This document shows, piece after piece, positions 18,904 through 28,050 of a DNA stretch of 36,716 nt. The stretch comes from a virus (lineage: Duplodnaviria; Heunggongvirae; Uroviricota; Caudoviricetes): IMG/VR virus record IMGVR_UViG_3300009008_000004, positions 146,004 through 182,719 of that record; one strand, 5' to 3'. The position numbers and the translations under genes were made by a program. The stretch's first letter is position 1. Every line of letters begins with the position of its first letter. The notes under the pieces are model-generated. The model did no database searches. It was not told the DNA's origin and worked only from the letters and a program-made list of their open reading frames with translations.

Positions 18904-21900
18904 CTACTTCTTCGGCATGTCGTCAATTATACTCTTCATATTCTCGGTGAGAGTCTTGAGAGTGTTGGCGAAATCCTGGAAGACTACATCGGTACCTGCT
19001 CCGCCAGGACCAGTACCACCCCCAGAAGCACGGTACGTGCGAATATCCGTGGACTGCCTCATTAACTCCCGAGCCTCTTTCACGGTGATAGCTGTTCCGC
19101 CACGCTCAGCGTCAGCAGCGAAAGACATGGCAAGTTCTTCGCCAAATTTGACCCCGTACCCCGCATCCACCGCAGCCTGCACCATCCAATAACTTGCTTC
19201 CTTAGACCCCTGACCACCCGCAATTGCCGGTAGACCCCGTTGGATCATATCCAGATGCTGTTCGCCACCGGTACCTTTGAACAACTTTTGAAGGAACGCA
19301 CCAGCACCCTTCCTACCAACAAAGGTGCCGCTGCCCCTTTTCAGCGCAGCCATCCCCCGCTTCTCACTACCAGAGGCCCGCGCAAAATCCCGCTCTACAC
19401 GATTGTAAATACCAGCCTGCGCCCCGAACATACGTGCACGCGCCGGCATGTCGGGGGATTCCGAATAGGCCATGCCAGCCAGACGTTGCCGATCCTCTCG
19501 GGACATCGCCTCAAACGAGGCGTACATGTCGTCCCGGGCACGCCCACGACCACCAGCACCAACATAGGAAGGGGTCATATAAGCAGCATCAGCACTCTCG
19601 GCAGAAAACCCCCCAGCAGTAGCAAGCATCATCTCGGATAAGGCAGCGCCAGGAGTTCTACCACCAAGAACATCGGAGGGGATCGCAGTACCAAGATACC
19701 CAAGGTGGGTACCAATACCACGCTTAGACATCCACTCGTACGTCTCGCCCATATCATCCAGGCCCTGAGAAAGTGCCTTCTGGAAATCCGGGCCGTACAT
19801 ACCCGCAGCACCCTTAGCTGCCCCCTTCAACTGGTCTCGTGTAGGGAGGCCCCCCATCGCCTTTATCATACCCTCAGGAAGGAACTTGGGATCCTGCTCC
19901 AAAGACTTCCTGTGCATCATGTCCAGAATACGCTCTTTCCGGGCTGGATCCGTCTCCATCTCATACTGTAACGCCGCCTCAAAGATACCAGGGACCGGTG
20001 CCCGGCCCTTGATAATATCCTGGAGGTCTCCCGCATTCCCCTCACCAACCAGAGCCTCGACAGCAGAGCGGCGAGCATCAGTAGGAGAGCCCGGACGCCA
20101 AAGACCTACAGCGTCATCACGGAGCTCTTTAAAGTGCCCACCCGCAATACCGAAGAGGGCAAGCTGCTTCATAGGATCCAGCGCACCCATCTTCTCGCGA
20201 ATACCACCGGCTACACCCGAAGTACCAAGCTTCTCATAGATCCTCCTACCCCGGGACAGGGAATGGCCCATAAGCGTTTCCCCTCCCCTAAGACCCATGT
20301 CTACGGTAGATCCGATTGTCTTGATATGGCGCATCTCATCTGGAGAGAGTCCACCAAGAAGAGACGCGGGCGAAGTGAATGCCTGGTGGAATTGCTGGGC
20401 AGCAGAATTTGCTGCTTCCATATTTGCAAACCCGAGCTGATAGAGGCCTCGTGCGCCAGCATTAGAAGCCTCATAGAAAGGCCCACCACCACCAACTCCA
20501 AGGGGAGCCATACCCGGATGTTGATTGAGGCCAAACCGTGCAAGGTTTAAGCTTTGGTAGGCTCCCCCGGGTTCGTTTCGATATATCTCGGCCATGTGCT
20601 CGCCGAAGCTGCCCATGCCCCCGCCCTTACCAAGAAGAGCATCGCCGCCCCAAAAGTCCGCGGGCCTGAGAGGGCCAAAGGATTCTCCGCGCAAAGCAGC
20701 GGGCCCGGTGTTGAAACCAATATCTGCCGCAAGGAGCCCCCACCCAAGAGGACCACCAAAGGCAGCACCAGCTCCTCGGGCAGCCCAACCAGCACCACCC
20801 AGCAGCGCGCCACTCGCACGGCCCAGCATACCGCCTGCGCCAAAAGCCCTTCCAGCAATGCCGGTAACCCCCTTACCCATCAAGTTCAGAAGATTGCTCC
20901 CACCAATCGCAGGGGTTAGACCAGCAGCGAGCCCTGTAGCTGCCGGGTTCCACTCGTTAAGAGCAAACCCGCCGCCACCCATAAAAGAGCCGCCCTGCAT
21001 AACGTTCCCAATCCCACCTGGCATCCAGGAACCAACCAGGGAACCAATGCCCCCAGCCATTTGAGGAACACCTGCGCTACCACCAGCAGCGGCGTGCAAC
21101 CCACCCGTTGTGTGGTGCCCGGGCATACCCAAGCCCATACCAACACCCATACCCCGAGGAAGAGAGCCAATCGAAGGACTAACCCCAAGGAAATCATTTA
21201 CTACTTCACCGGTCCAATCCTGGAGACCGCCAAGGACCTCCCGCCCAAACTTACGGAGGGGGGATGTAAAGGGCTCCACGAAGGCTTGCTTGAGTCTCTG
21301 CTTTACCTGCTCCCAGGAACCGCCACGGCTTCGCTTGGACTCCTCCATTCCTTTACGGAGAGCGTCCTGCCCCTGAACCTTCAAGAAGGCTTTGAGCTCG
21401 GGACCAAAGGAAGCCATATTGGTCATGATGTCCAATTCTTCCTTTGGGATATTCCCGTAAACAAGGCCCATGTAATCTTCAATGGCACCTACGCCTCCAC
21501 CCTTAGCGGTAGCCATCGCACCAATACCCATCGCAGACCATTGGGGACCATGCATCTCCGTCATCTCGCGAGAGAGCCGGCCAGCACCCATACGTAACCG
21601 CTCCCGTGCTCCACGGACACCCATCGTCTTACTGTATTGCGATTGGATATCTCCCCAAGACATAGACCCCAACCGGCTGGCAATGGTCGGATCCAACCTA
21701 CCCGTGTGTGGGTCCATCATCGCACCAAGGACTTGCTGTCCATGGCGGGTACCCGCGAATCGACCACTGTACTGAGCAAGCCTGCCCGCAAGCGCCGGTA
21801 TCGCCTCACCCAGCGGGGCCCCGCCAAACATATCACGTATTGCGTCAGAATCGAGAATCCCGGAACCAGCCATTGCCGAGAGTTGGGCAGAGACGCCCCC

Positions 21901-22863
21901 GACTACTTGAGCGCCAGCACGCCTGGAACCCCCGAACTGTGACCACAGATCTGCGCCAGTTGCAGAGGCAGACATCATCTCATCAGCACGCATTCCAGCG
22001 GCGGAAGCAAGACCGCGGAAAGCCTGTCCGGCTCGTGCAGCTTCACCAGGACGATAGAAACCCATTCCCTGGACACGCTGCATAACTCCGTAAGCCTCAT
22101 TGAGGGAGGAGTTGAAGGTCTCTGCGATCGAGCGTACCTCGCTGACCAGTTGCTTGAATTTACCCTGGAAATCCCCAAAGGAGGTAGCTCCACGGAAGGA
22201 GCCGCCCATAAGGCCCTGCCCGAGCAGACCCTGTAGACCACCCATAGTCATCGAGGGAGATCCCCCCGCCATGCCGGCCATCATATTCCCGAATTGGACC
22301 TGCTGCCCAAACCCGGGTGCCCCCTGGTTCATCCAAGGAAGATTATTGCGATTCCACCCTTGACCAAAGATAGAGGAGAGCTGAGCTTGGTTTTGGGCCC
22401 CGCCCATTACCTGCCCCATCGAGGCGTTCATAAGAGCCCCGGCCCCCATATACGCCCCGGCTCCCACAGCCCCGTAACCAACAGCACCCGCGACTCCACC
22501 CCACTTGTAGCCAGAACCCATGAGACCCAGGGTTGTAGTAAAGGGGTCGAATACTCGGGGGGCCATACCAAAGGCACCGGCAGTAGCGAGCGCACCAAGA
22601 CCCGCGTCAACTCCGCTCCGCCCCGCACCCATAAGAGTAGTGGCTACCCCAGTCTGCATCGCAAAGGGCTGGTACCGCGGATCGTGACCAAAGCCTCCAC
22701 CGCTAACAGCTGCTTGTGAGGGTGGCGTCTTGCGGGTACCGTATTGATCAGAGATGAAATTGCCGTAGGATTGGAATGAGGCGGCGTGCGCCAGCTGGGC
22801 TTGAGCAATATTGGATATTGTACTACCGGGCATTCCCGTCATCTGCGTACCTCGTGCGTACAC
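18904..22863 (-). CDS. tape-measure-like Gly/Ala/Met-rich protein
   Basis: 1319 aa, helical and low-complexity; heads the tail gene block; start uncertain. Confidence 0.65.
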   Translation of the reverse strand: MYARGTQMTGMPGSTISNIAQAQLAHAASFQSYGNFISDQYGTRKTPPSQAAVSGGGFGHDPRYQPFAMQTGVATTLMGAGRSGVDAGLGALATAGAFGMAPRVFDPFTTTLGLMGSGYKWGGVAGAVGYGAVGAGAYMGAGALMNASMGQVMGGAQNQAQLSSIFGQGWNRNNLPWMNQGAPGFGQQVQFGNMMAGMAGGSPSMTMGGLQGLLGQGLMGGSFRGATSFGDFQGKFKQLVSEVRSIAETFNSSLNEAYGVMQRVQGMGFYRPGEAARAGQAFRGLASAAGMRADEMMSASATGADLWSQFGGSRRAGAQVVGGVSAQLSAMAGSGILDSDAIRDMFGGAPLGEAIPALAGRLAQYSGRFAGTRHGQQVLGAMMDPHTGRLDPTIASRLGSMSWGDIQSQYSKTMGVRGARERLRMGAGRLSREMTEMHGPQWSAMGIGAMATAKGGGVGAIEDYMGLVYGNIPKEELDIMTNMASFGPELKAFLKVQGQDALRKGMEESKRSRGGSWEQVKQRLKQAFVEPFTSPLRKFGREVLGGLQDWTGEVVNDFLGVSPSIGSLPRGMGVGMGLGMPGHHTTGGLHAAAGGSAGVPQMAGGIGSLVGSWMPGGIGNVMQGGSFMGGGGFALNEWNPAATGLAAGLTPAIGGSNLLNLMGKGVTGIAGRAFGAGGMLGRASGALLGGAGWAARGAGAAFGGPLGWGLLAADIGFNTGPAALRGESFGPLRPADFWGGDALLGKGGGMGSFGEHMAEIYRNEPGGAYQSLNLARFGLNQHPGMAPLGVGGGGPFYEASNAGARGLYQLGFANMEAANSAAQQFHQAFTSPASLLGGLSPDEMRHIKTIGSTVDMGLRGGETLMGHSLSRGRRIYEKLGTSGVAGGIREKMGALDPMKQLALFGIAGGHFKELRDDAVGLWRPGSPTDARRSAVEALVGEGNAGDLQDIIKGRAPVPGIFEAALQYEMETDPARKERILDMMHRKSLEQDPKFLPEGMIKAMGGLPTRDQLKGAAKGAAGMYGPDFQKALSQGLDDMGETYEWMSKRGIGTHLGYLGTAIPSDVLGGRTPGAALSEMMLATAGGFSAESADAAYMTPSYVGAGGRGRARDDMYASFEAMSREDRQRLAGMAYSESPDMPARARMFGAQAGIYNRVERDFARASGSEKRGMAALKRGSGTFVGRKGAGAFLQKLFKGTGGEQHLDMIQRGLPAIAGGQGSKEASYWMVQAAVDAGYGVKFGEELAMSFAADAERGGTAITVKEARELMRQSTDIRTYRASGGGTGPGGAGTDVVFQDFANTLKTLTENMKSIIDDMPKK

Positions 22864-22923
22864 ACTGTATTCTGGTATAAAAGGAGTACGGATGCAAGGA
22901 ACACTACCCTACAGGAGGATCGT

Positions 22924-23352
22924 ATGACCAACAAAGAGTTAGCCCGGATACGGGAAAATCTAGGCTTGACTATCGAAAAGCTCGCGGAGCTGACCCAGAT
23001 AAGCGCAGCAACAATCCGCAAACAGGAGATCGGGACATGGGGGATCCCCACTGGCATGGCCCAGATCTACATAGCAACCGAAGAGCATGTCTTGGGGGAC
23101 CGCATCCGCTGGTTCCTCTGCGGAAAAGAAAACATCTCAACAGAATGGTACCGGGGGCCATGGAACGTCTACGCCAGCAAGGAGGACGCCGAGGCTGCTT
23201 ACGCCATCTACAAAGAATTTGGGGGGAGTGAAGAACGCGAAGCTGTTGAGGTGTATGTTCGCGGTGATGTTGGTGAGGCTGGTAGTGGTAGAGAAGAATG
23301 GCTGGATTTGAAATTGGTATGCAAGAAGCCCGAGCCAGTAAAGGAAGGGTAG
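22924..23352 (+). CDS. XRE/Cro-like helix-turn-helix protein
   Basis: LARIRENLGLTIEKLAELTQISAATIRKQEIG; AGGAGG RBS; GGTATAAA at 22874. Confidence 0.8.
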   Translation: MTNKELARIRENLGLTIEKLAELTQISAATIRKQEIGTWGIPTGMAQIYIATEEHVLGDRIRWFLCGKENISTEWYRGPWNVYASKEDAEAAYAIYKEFGGSEEREAVEVYVRGDVGEAGSGREEWLDLKLVCKKPEPVKEG

Positions 23353-23449
23353 TGAATTACAGAGACTGTGCGTGATAGGCTCGGTTGAGCCGGTAGGGCT
23401 TGGACTCGGGCTTCTTAGGACATTGCCATCGCTCTCCCAAGCTTAGCAA

Positions 23450-23758
23450 CTATTCAGCCGCAGACTTCTTCTTCAACTTCTTCCGCGGCTTCTCTTCGGG
23501 CACTGCAGGCGTCGATTCATAGTCCTGCAGCTCTCCGCTAAGCGCTGTAATGGTACCTTCAAATTCCGCAACTAGCTGCGCAATCACATGCTCTTGCACC
23601 GCGGAAAATACTCCGTCGGATACAGGAATCACATCCTTAGGTGGTCCAAGATCATTGGGCAGATACCGGCGCAGGAACTCAGAGAGGGTCGTGTACACTG
23701 CCCGACGGTGCGTCAGATCAAGGTACCCCTTCAACATATCGTGAAACGTTTTACTCAT
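23450..23758 (-). CDS. hypothetical protein
   Basis: GAGGT RBS; basic tail. Confidence 0.65.
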   Translation of the reverse strand: MSKTFHDMLKGYLDLTHRRAVYTTLSEFLRRYLPNDLGPPKDVIPVSDGVFSAVQEHVIAQLVAEFEGTITALSGELQDYESTPAVPEEKPRKKLKKKSAAE

Positions 23759-23874
23759 TTTATCTGCACCTCACGTATCCAGTATTACCTGACAACGGGG
23801 TACAATGCAAGTTGCCTAAAAGTCTTCGGGGGAAAGGTATAAGAACAGTAGAGCCAGACAAGGAGGATCGCTCC

Positions 23875-24249
23875 ATGCCAGTAGAAAAGTTTGGAATCCA
23901 CTTCCCATTTTGGGTGGTAGGACGAGGGGACCGGAGGCCCAACACAAAGGGATTGGCCTCCATGAAAATTCGGGAGATTACCCGAAAGATCGGCGAACTC
24001 AATGCGCCGAAGGTAGTAAAAAAGGCATTGTATGCCACCATCGTACGGTGCATCTGCCGAGAATATTCCACTGGAAACTTTTCCTTTGGAATGTTCGCGC
24101 AGCTGCGTCGACGAACCTTAGAAGATTTGGAAGAAGTCGGCATCAAAATCCAGTTTCCCTCCAGCATAGACTTGGAGGCAGCAGAGGAGAAGACAGATGA
24201 AAACCAAAGTGAGAAAGATTGTTGTTCACCCCGGGAAGGCGCATCGTGA
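23875..24249 (+). CDS. hypothetical protein
   Basis: GGTATAAGAACAGTA at 23836; AAGGAGG RBS before ATG 23875. Confidence 0.7.
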   Translation: MPVEKFGIHFPFWVVGRGDRRPNTKGLASMKIREITRKIGELNAPKVVKKALYATIVRCICREYSTGNFSFGMFAQLRRRTLEDLEEVGIKIQFPSSIDLEAAEEKTDENQSEKDCCSPREGAS

Positions 24250-25045
24250 TGACTACTTCAGCGTCGGCCTGGCCATCGCCAGCGGATTGGCCCCTCGCGG
24301 GGTTGAGGTTGAACGGCGGGACCCCACCGGAGAGGAGCTGGGCGACCCCGATGTCCTCGTCCTTGACGTGGGTCTCTCGCACGATCCCGACCGCAGCAAC
24401 TTCGACCACCACCAGCACGACTGCCCGGAGGGGGAGTGCGCCCTGACGTTGCTGGCAAAACACACGGGACACCACGAGCTCTTCAGGCTGGAGCAGTGGT
24501 ACGGCCTCACGGCTATGATGGACTCCCAGGGCCCCTTCGCCACGGCCGAGCACCTGAGGCTGCCGCAGTTCCCCTTTGCGCTCCTCTCTCCCATAGAGGA
24601 TGCTATGCTCGCTGAGTTTGAGAACAATCCCACCCGCGAAGCTTTCGTAGCAGCCGACATCATAGAGCGCCTCATCGGAATGGCGGAAGCCAGGAAGGAG
24701 GCCTACCAGATGCTGGAGGAGAACTCCAAGGTGGGAACGCTGGACGTAAGGGGAGTCTCATTGGCCTACCTTCTGGTGGCCAACTACGACAAGAACCCCG
24801 TCTACGTAACCCAGTGGGTAACCCACAAGGAGTACGAATTCGTCTTCTCTGTCACCCCCGACGACCGTGGAAACGGCTGGACCTTGTACAGGTTCAACGA
24901 CCACCCCGCCCTCGACTTCAATAAGATCGACAATAACGAGGAAGTGCTCTTCGCCCATAAGGGCGGCTTCCTGGCCAAGACCAAGTTCAAACTCGACCTC
25001 GAAGAGGTGTTGGGTCTGGTCAAGGCGTCGACTACCCTGAAGTAA
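24197..25045 (+). CDS. MYG1-family (DHH-like) exonuclease/hydrolase
   Basis: HPGKAHRDD, DVG...FDHHQ and FAHKGGF motifs. Confidence 0.85.
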   Translation: MKTKVRKIVVHPGKAHRDDYFSVGLAIASGLAPRGVEVERRDPTGEELGDPDVLVLDVGLSHDPDRSNFDHHQHDCPEGECALTLLAKHTGHHELFRLEQWYGLTAMMDSQGPFATAEHLRLPQFPFALLSPIEDAMLAEFENNPTREAFVAADIIERLIGMAEARKEAYQMLEENSKVGTLDVRGVSLAYLLVANYDKNPVYVTQWVTHKEYEFVFSVTPDDRGNGWTLYRFNDHPALDFNKIDNNEEVLFAHKGGFLAKTKFKLDLEEVLGLVKASTTLK

Positions 25046-25098
25046 ATCCCCCCCCCAACAACACAAGGTCTCTCCTTGTGTTTACTTACGGAGTAGAG

Positions 25099-25464
25099 AT
25101 GAAAGTAGAGGAACGAGAACTTACAGTAACGGAACGGCAAGCAGTTATTGCGACCTGCCTTACCTTGACCGCCGTCATGGAAGATCTGCAGAACGCAAGT
25201 AAGGCACTCCTTGGAAAGACAAAGGATGAGCTCTCCTTCGAAGGGATAAAAACAATCCTCATTACCATGGGAGAGGCAGCGGGATTCATGACCATCCCCG
25301 AGCTTGGGAAGAACGGCGTAACCTCTGAGGAGAACAGGCCTATGAAAGAGCTGACCGCCAGCATCAACAAGTTGTTCAGGGGTTTCGCCACAGCCAGGGG
25401 AATGGAGATGCTGCAGGAAGCCGAAAGGGAAGACAAAGACAGCTGGTCTCAATGGAAGCAATAG
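25099..25464 (+). CDS. hypothetical protein
   Basis: GGAG RBS before ATG 25099. Confidence 0.65.
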   Translation: MKVEERELTVTERQAVIATCLTLTAVMEDLQNASKALLGKTKDELSFEGIKTILITMGEAAGFMTIPELGKNGVTSEENRPMKELTASINKLFRGFATARGMEMLQEAEREDKDSWSQWKQ

Positions 25465-25529
25465 GCTGGTATAAGGGAAAGAACTGAAGGATGGAATATC
25501 CTATTGGGATATTTAGCGAGGGAGTGAGC

Positions 25530-26498
25530 ATGAAGAAATTGATTCGCAGCCGGCCCTTGGAGGTCGACAATGAGTTCCGTGTAGAGGAGCTGCCGCTGGG
25601 CTACCACCTGGTGAAGCTGACACCGGAGCTTGCCCGCTTTTGGGCAGAGACGTACAACACCAACAACAGACATGTGCAGCGGAGAAAACTGCAAGACTTG
25701 GTTACCCAGATGTCCGTAGGACGTTGGGAAGACTACCACCCCCACGGGATCAGCTTTCTGTACGATCCCGACAGCAAAGAGCTGTTCATGTCCGACGGCC
25801 AGCACCGTTGCCTGGCTTGCGCCGCAGCCGGCATCACCATCGCTGTCTGGGTCTACGTGGATGCACCCCCAAGCCGAGCAGTGCGCGGGGTTCTCGACAA
25901 GGTAGCCGTCAGGAGTACCGCGGATAACCTTGGCCGGAGCAACCATGCTACCGCAGTTCTCAAGAGAGTTCTCTTTGGCCCCGCAGGGCAAGCGCCCACC
26001 GGGTGGACGGATGTCGATTACCGCAAGATGGATCAGCGCTTCGGCTGGGCTGTCGACTTCGTCGTCGACCGGGAGCCCAATGTGCGTGGAGCGGCAGGCC
26101 TCAAGCACGCCGGGATGCTCGCCACCCTCGGCCTGGCATTGCTGTACGGCGTAGACGAGGAGCGAATCATCAAGTTCCTCGACATTCTGCAGACCGGGCA
26201 GGTCACCGATCCAAAGGATGGGCTCGCCGGCATTTTCCGCGACTACTTGATTGTCGAAGTCGGGCGAAAGCTCAACGACAGCAAGGAGACCAAGCGAAGC
26301 GTCCATATCGAGACCTGGTACAAGACGCAGACCACTCTCGACAAATTCTTGCGCGGGAAGGCGCAGAAGCGTCTCTCTTCCGCCAAGAAGGAATTCTTCC
26401 TGCCGGTCAAGCCGACGTTGGACCTCGACACCCTGGCTATCGACGCCCCGGACTGTCTCATTGAGAAGCCGTTGGCCGAGAAAAACACTTTGGTGTAA
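25530..26498 (+). CDS. ParB/Srx-fold (DGQHR motif) protein
   Basis: NNRHV...GRW...DGQHRCLA; GGTATAAG at 25468; GAGGGAG RBS. Confidence 0.7.
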   Translation: MKKLIRSRPLEVDNEFRVEELPLGYHLVKLTPELARFWAETYNTNNRHVQRRKLQDLVTQMSVGRWEDYHPHGISFLYDPDSKELFMSDGQHRCLACAAAGITIAVWVYVDAPPSRAVRGVLDKVAVRSTADNLGRSNHATAVLKRVLFGPAGQAPTGWTDVDYRKMDQRFGWAVDFVVDREPNVRGAAGLKHAGMLATLGLALLYGVDEERIIKFLDILQTGQVTDPKDGLAGIFRDYLIVEVGRKLNDSKETKRSVHIETWYKTQTTLDKFLRGKAQKRLSSAKKEFFLPVKPTLDLDTLAIDAPDCLIEKPLAEKNTLV

Positions 26499-26524
26499 CC
26501 GCCTATTCCGGCGGGGACAACAAT

Positions 26525-26560
26525 CACGAAGGGCCCCTGCTCCGGCGGGGGTCCTTTCGT
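26525..26560 (+). terminator. hairpin or terminator
   Basis: CACGAAGGGCCCCTGC...GCGGGGGTCCTTTCGTG inverted repeat. Confidence 0.55.
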
Positions 26561-26636
26561 GGAAACCGCTGGTTATCTGGTATAACAACTTTACTCAGTA
26601 GACTAAATATCATTCTTATGACCAGGAGGACATACC

Positions 26637-27419
26637 ATGGCAGACAAGAATAAGAAGGGCCCGAAGCTCCACGAACTGCTCGCCGTCGAATCTGATTTGA
26701 AGGGGGAGTTCGACAAGATCAACCAGGAGGCGCTCGTCACCTTCTCCAAGAAGACGGACCACTTCCGCGGACACGTCCGTTCCCTCGAGATGCGGGATGA
26801 GGACCGCAAGTTTGAAGAGGAGGCTGCATTCGAGAAGAAGGATGTCGCCACCACCGTCCGCAAGAAGCTGAAGTACGCTTCCAAGGCGGCGATCAAGTAC
26901 TTCGACGCTGTACTCCAGAAGGAGGCCACCAACCAGAACGCCAAGGCGGATCTCTTGGTGGACGGGGTTGTCCTAGCCGAGGAGCTCCCGGCAACCTTCC
27001 TTCTGGCCCTCGAGTCCCGCCTCAAGGCTGTCCGCAGCTACTATGAGGCTGTGCCGACCCATGATCCGTCGACGTCGTGGATCCCGGACGCGGGCCAGGG
27101 GGAAGGCATCTTCAAGGCTGAGGTGGATGACATCCGCGACAAGGCCGAGAAGAAGAACGAGTACATCACCATCGCCGAGGCAACGGAGCACCACGCGGCA
27201 CAGGTTGCCAAAGAGGTCAACACCGTAGTCGTCGGTAAGTTCACGACCAAGAAATGGTCCGGCATGATCTCCCCGGCTGAGAAGTCGGAGCTGCTGGAGC
27301 GCGTCGACACCCTCCTCCGGGCGGTGAAGAAGGCGCGGCAGCGGGCCAACCAGGAACCGGTCGTCAAGCAGAAGGTCGGAGCCAAGCTCTTCAAGTTCAT
27401 CCTGGACGGGGAAGCGTAG
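26637..27419 (+). CDS. conserved coiled-coil protein (recalled as DUF7873-like) directly upstream of a tRNA-like RNA
   Basis: KLHELLAVE, ADLLVDG...PATFLLALE, EATEHHAAQV and WSGMIS...AVKKARQRAN motifs; AGGAGG RBS; strong C/G third-codon-position bias. Confidence 0.8.
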   Translation: MADKNKKGPKLHELLAVESDLKGEFDKINQEALVTFSKKTDHFRGHVRSLEMRDEDRKFEEEAAFEKKDVATTVRKKLKYASKAAIKYFDAVLQKEATNQNAKADLLVDGVVLAEELPATFLLALESRLKAVRSYYEAVPTHDPSTSWIPDAGQGEGIFKAEVDDIRDKAEKKNEYITIAEATEHHAAQVAKEVNTVVVGKFTTKKWSGMISPAEKSELLERVDTLLRAVKKARQRANQEPVVKQKVGAKLFKFILDGEA

Positions 27420-27420
27420 C

Positions 27421-27835
27421 TCCAGTACAATTTCGTGGGCCAGCCTCATACTTGTTGTGAGGCCTAACTTCGGAACTCTGGTGTAGCCGCGGGAGAGTGA
27501 TCCGCTAAAGCTCATCTAACTGGCTGAGACCCAGGACACGGTTCCGTTATTTTGCTGTCTGGTGTTTTGCCCGACAGCCTCACGCTCAAAAGCTCTGTGA
27601 AAGTAAGGACTGTACGAATTCACCGCCGGAAAACCCGGGTTCAAATCCCGGCTTCCTCTCCAATGACGAACTCCCTCTTGGCGCGCCGAATGGGGGACGG
27701 GGCCTGAAATCCAGATTTGGTAGTAGGGCCCCACTTAGGAGGAAGTGGTCTAGTGGAAAGACATCCGCCCGTTAGCACAAATTTGCACAGTACACTAAAA
27801 AGCAGAGACCGAGCACAGGGGGCCCTCTCGCCCTG
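27421..27835 (+). ncRNA. structured ncRNA containing a circularly permuted tRNA-like domain (core 27609-27791)
   Basis: T-arm 27635-27651 and acceptor 3' strand CTTCCTC-T-CCA 27652-27662 come before acceptor 5' strand GAGGAAG 27739-27745 and D-arm 27748-27762; closing helix 27609-27620/27780-27791; outer boundaries approximate. Confidence 0.8.
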
Positions 27836-27947
27836 CTAATACGAGGACCACACTGATAATGTGGAATGCATCGCTCTTGAAAAGCGACGTGCACATGAAC
27901 CCCGGGGTACCGCGCGGCTACGGATATGACCTGCGTATGGACCCCGG

Positions 27948-27973
27948 GGACAAACACTGTTTTGTCCTTTTTT
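27948..27973 (+). terminator. intrinsic terminator
   Basis: GGACAAA...TTTGTCC followed by T6. Confidence 0.65.
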
Positions 27974-27987
27974 ATCTCATTGCGATA
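27973..27987. promoter_or_regulatory. palindromic operator-like site TATCTC-ATT-GCGATA
   Basis: 15 nt upstream of GGTATAAG at 28003. Confidence 0.6.
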
Positions 27988-28050
27988 ATCTCGTCCCTCT
28001 CCGGTATAAGAATAGTGACCGGAAACCATAACCAACAGTGAGGGGCTATC

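Noticed and set aside
25530-26498. DndB/phosphorothioation system inferred from the DGQHR motif
   Set aside because: No other dnd genes are present; the motif is generic to ParB/Srx-fold proteins.
27609-27791. Ordinary tRNA gene or two-piece tmRNA
   Set aside because: The halves are in reverse order and there is no anticodon loop. Unlike tmRNA it has a full D-stem, lacks G3:U70 and shows no tag frame; a normal tmRNA is present at 29948.
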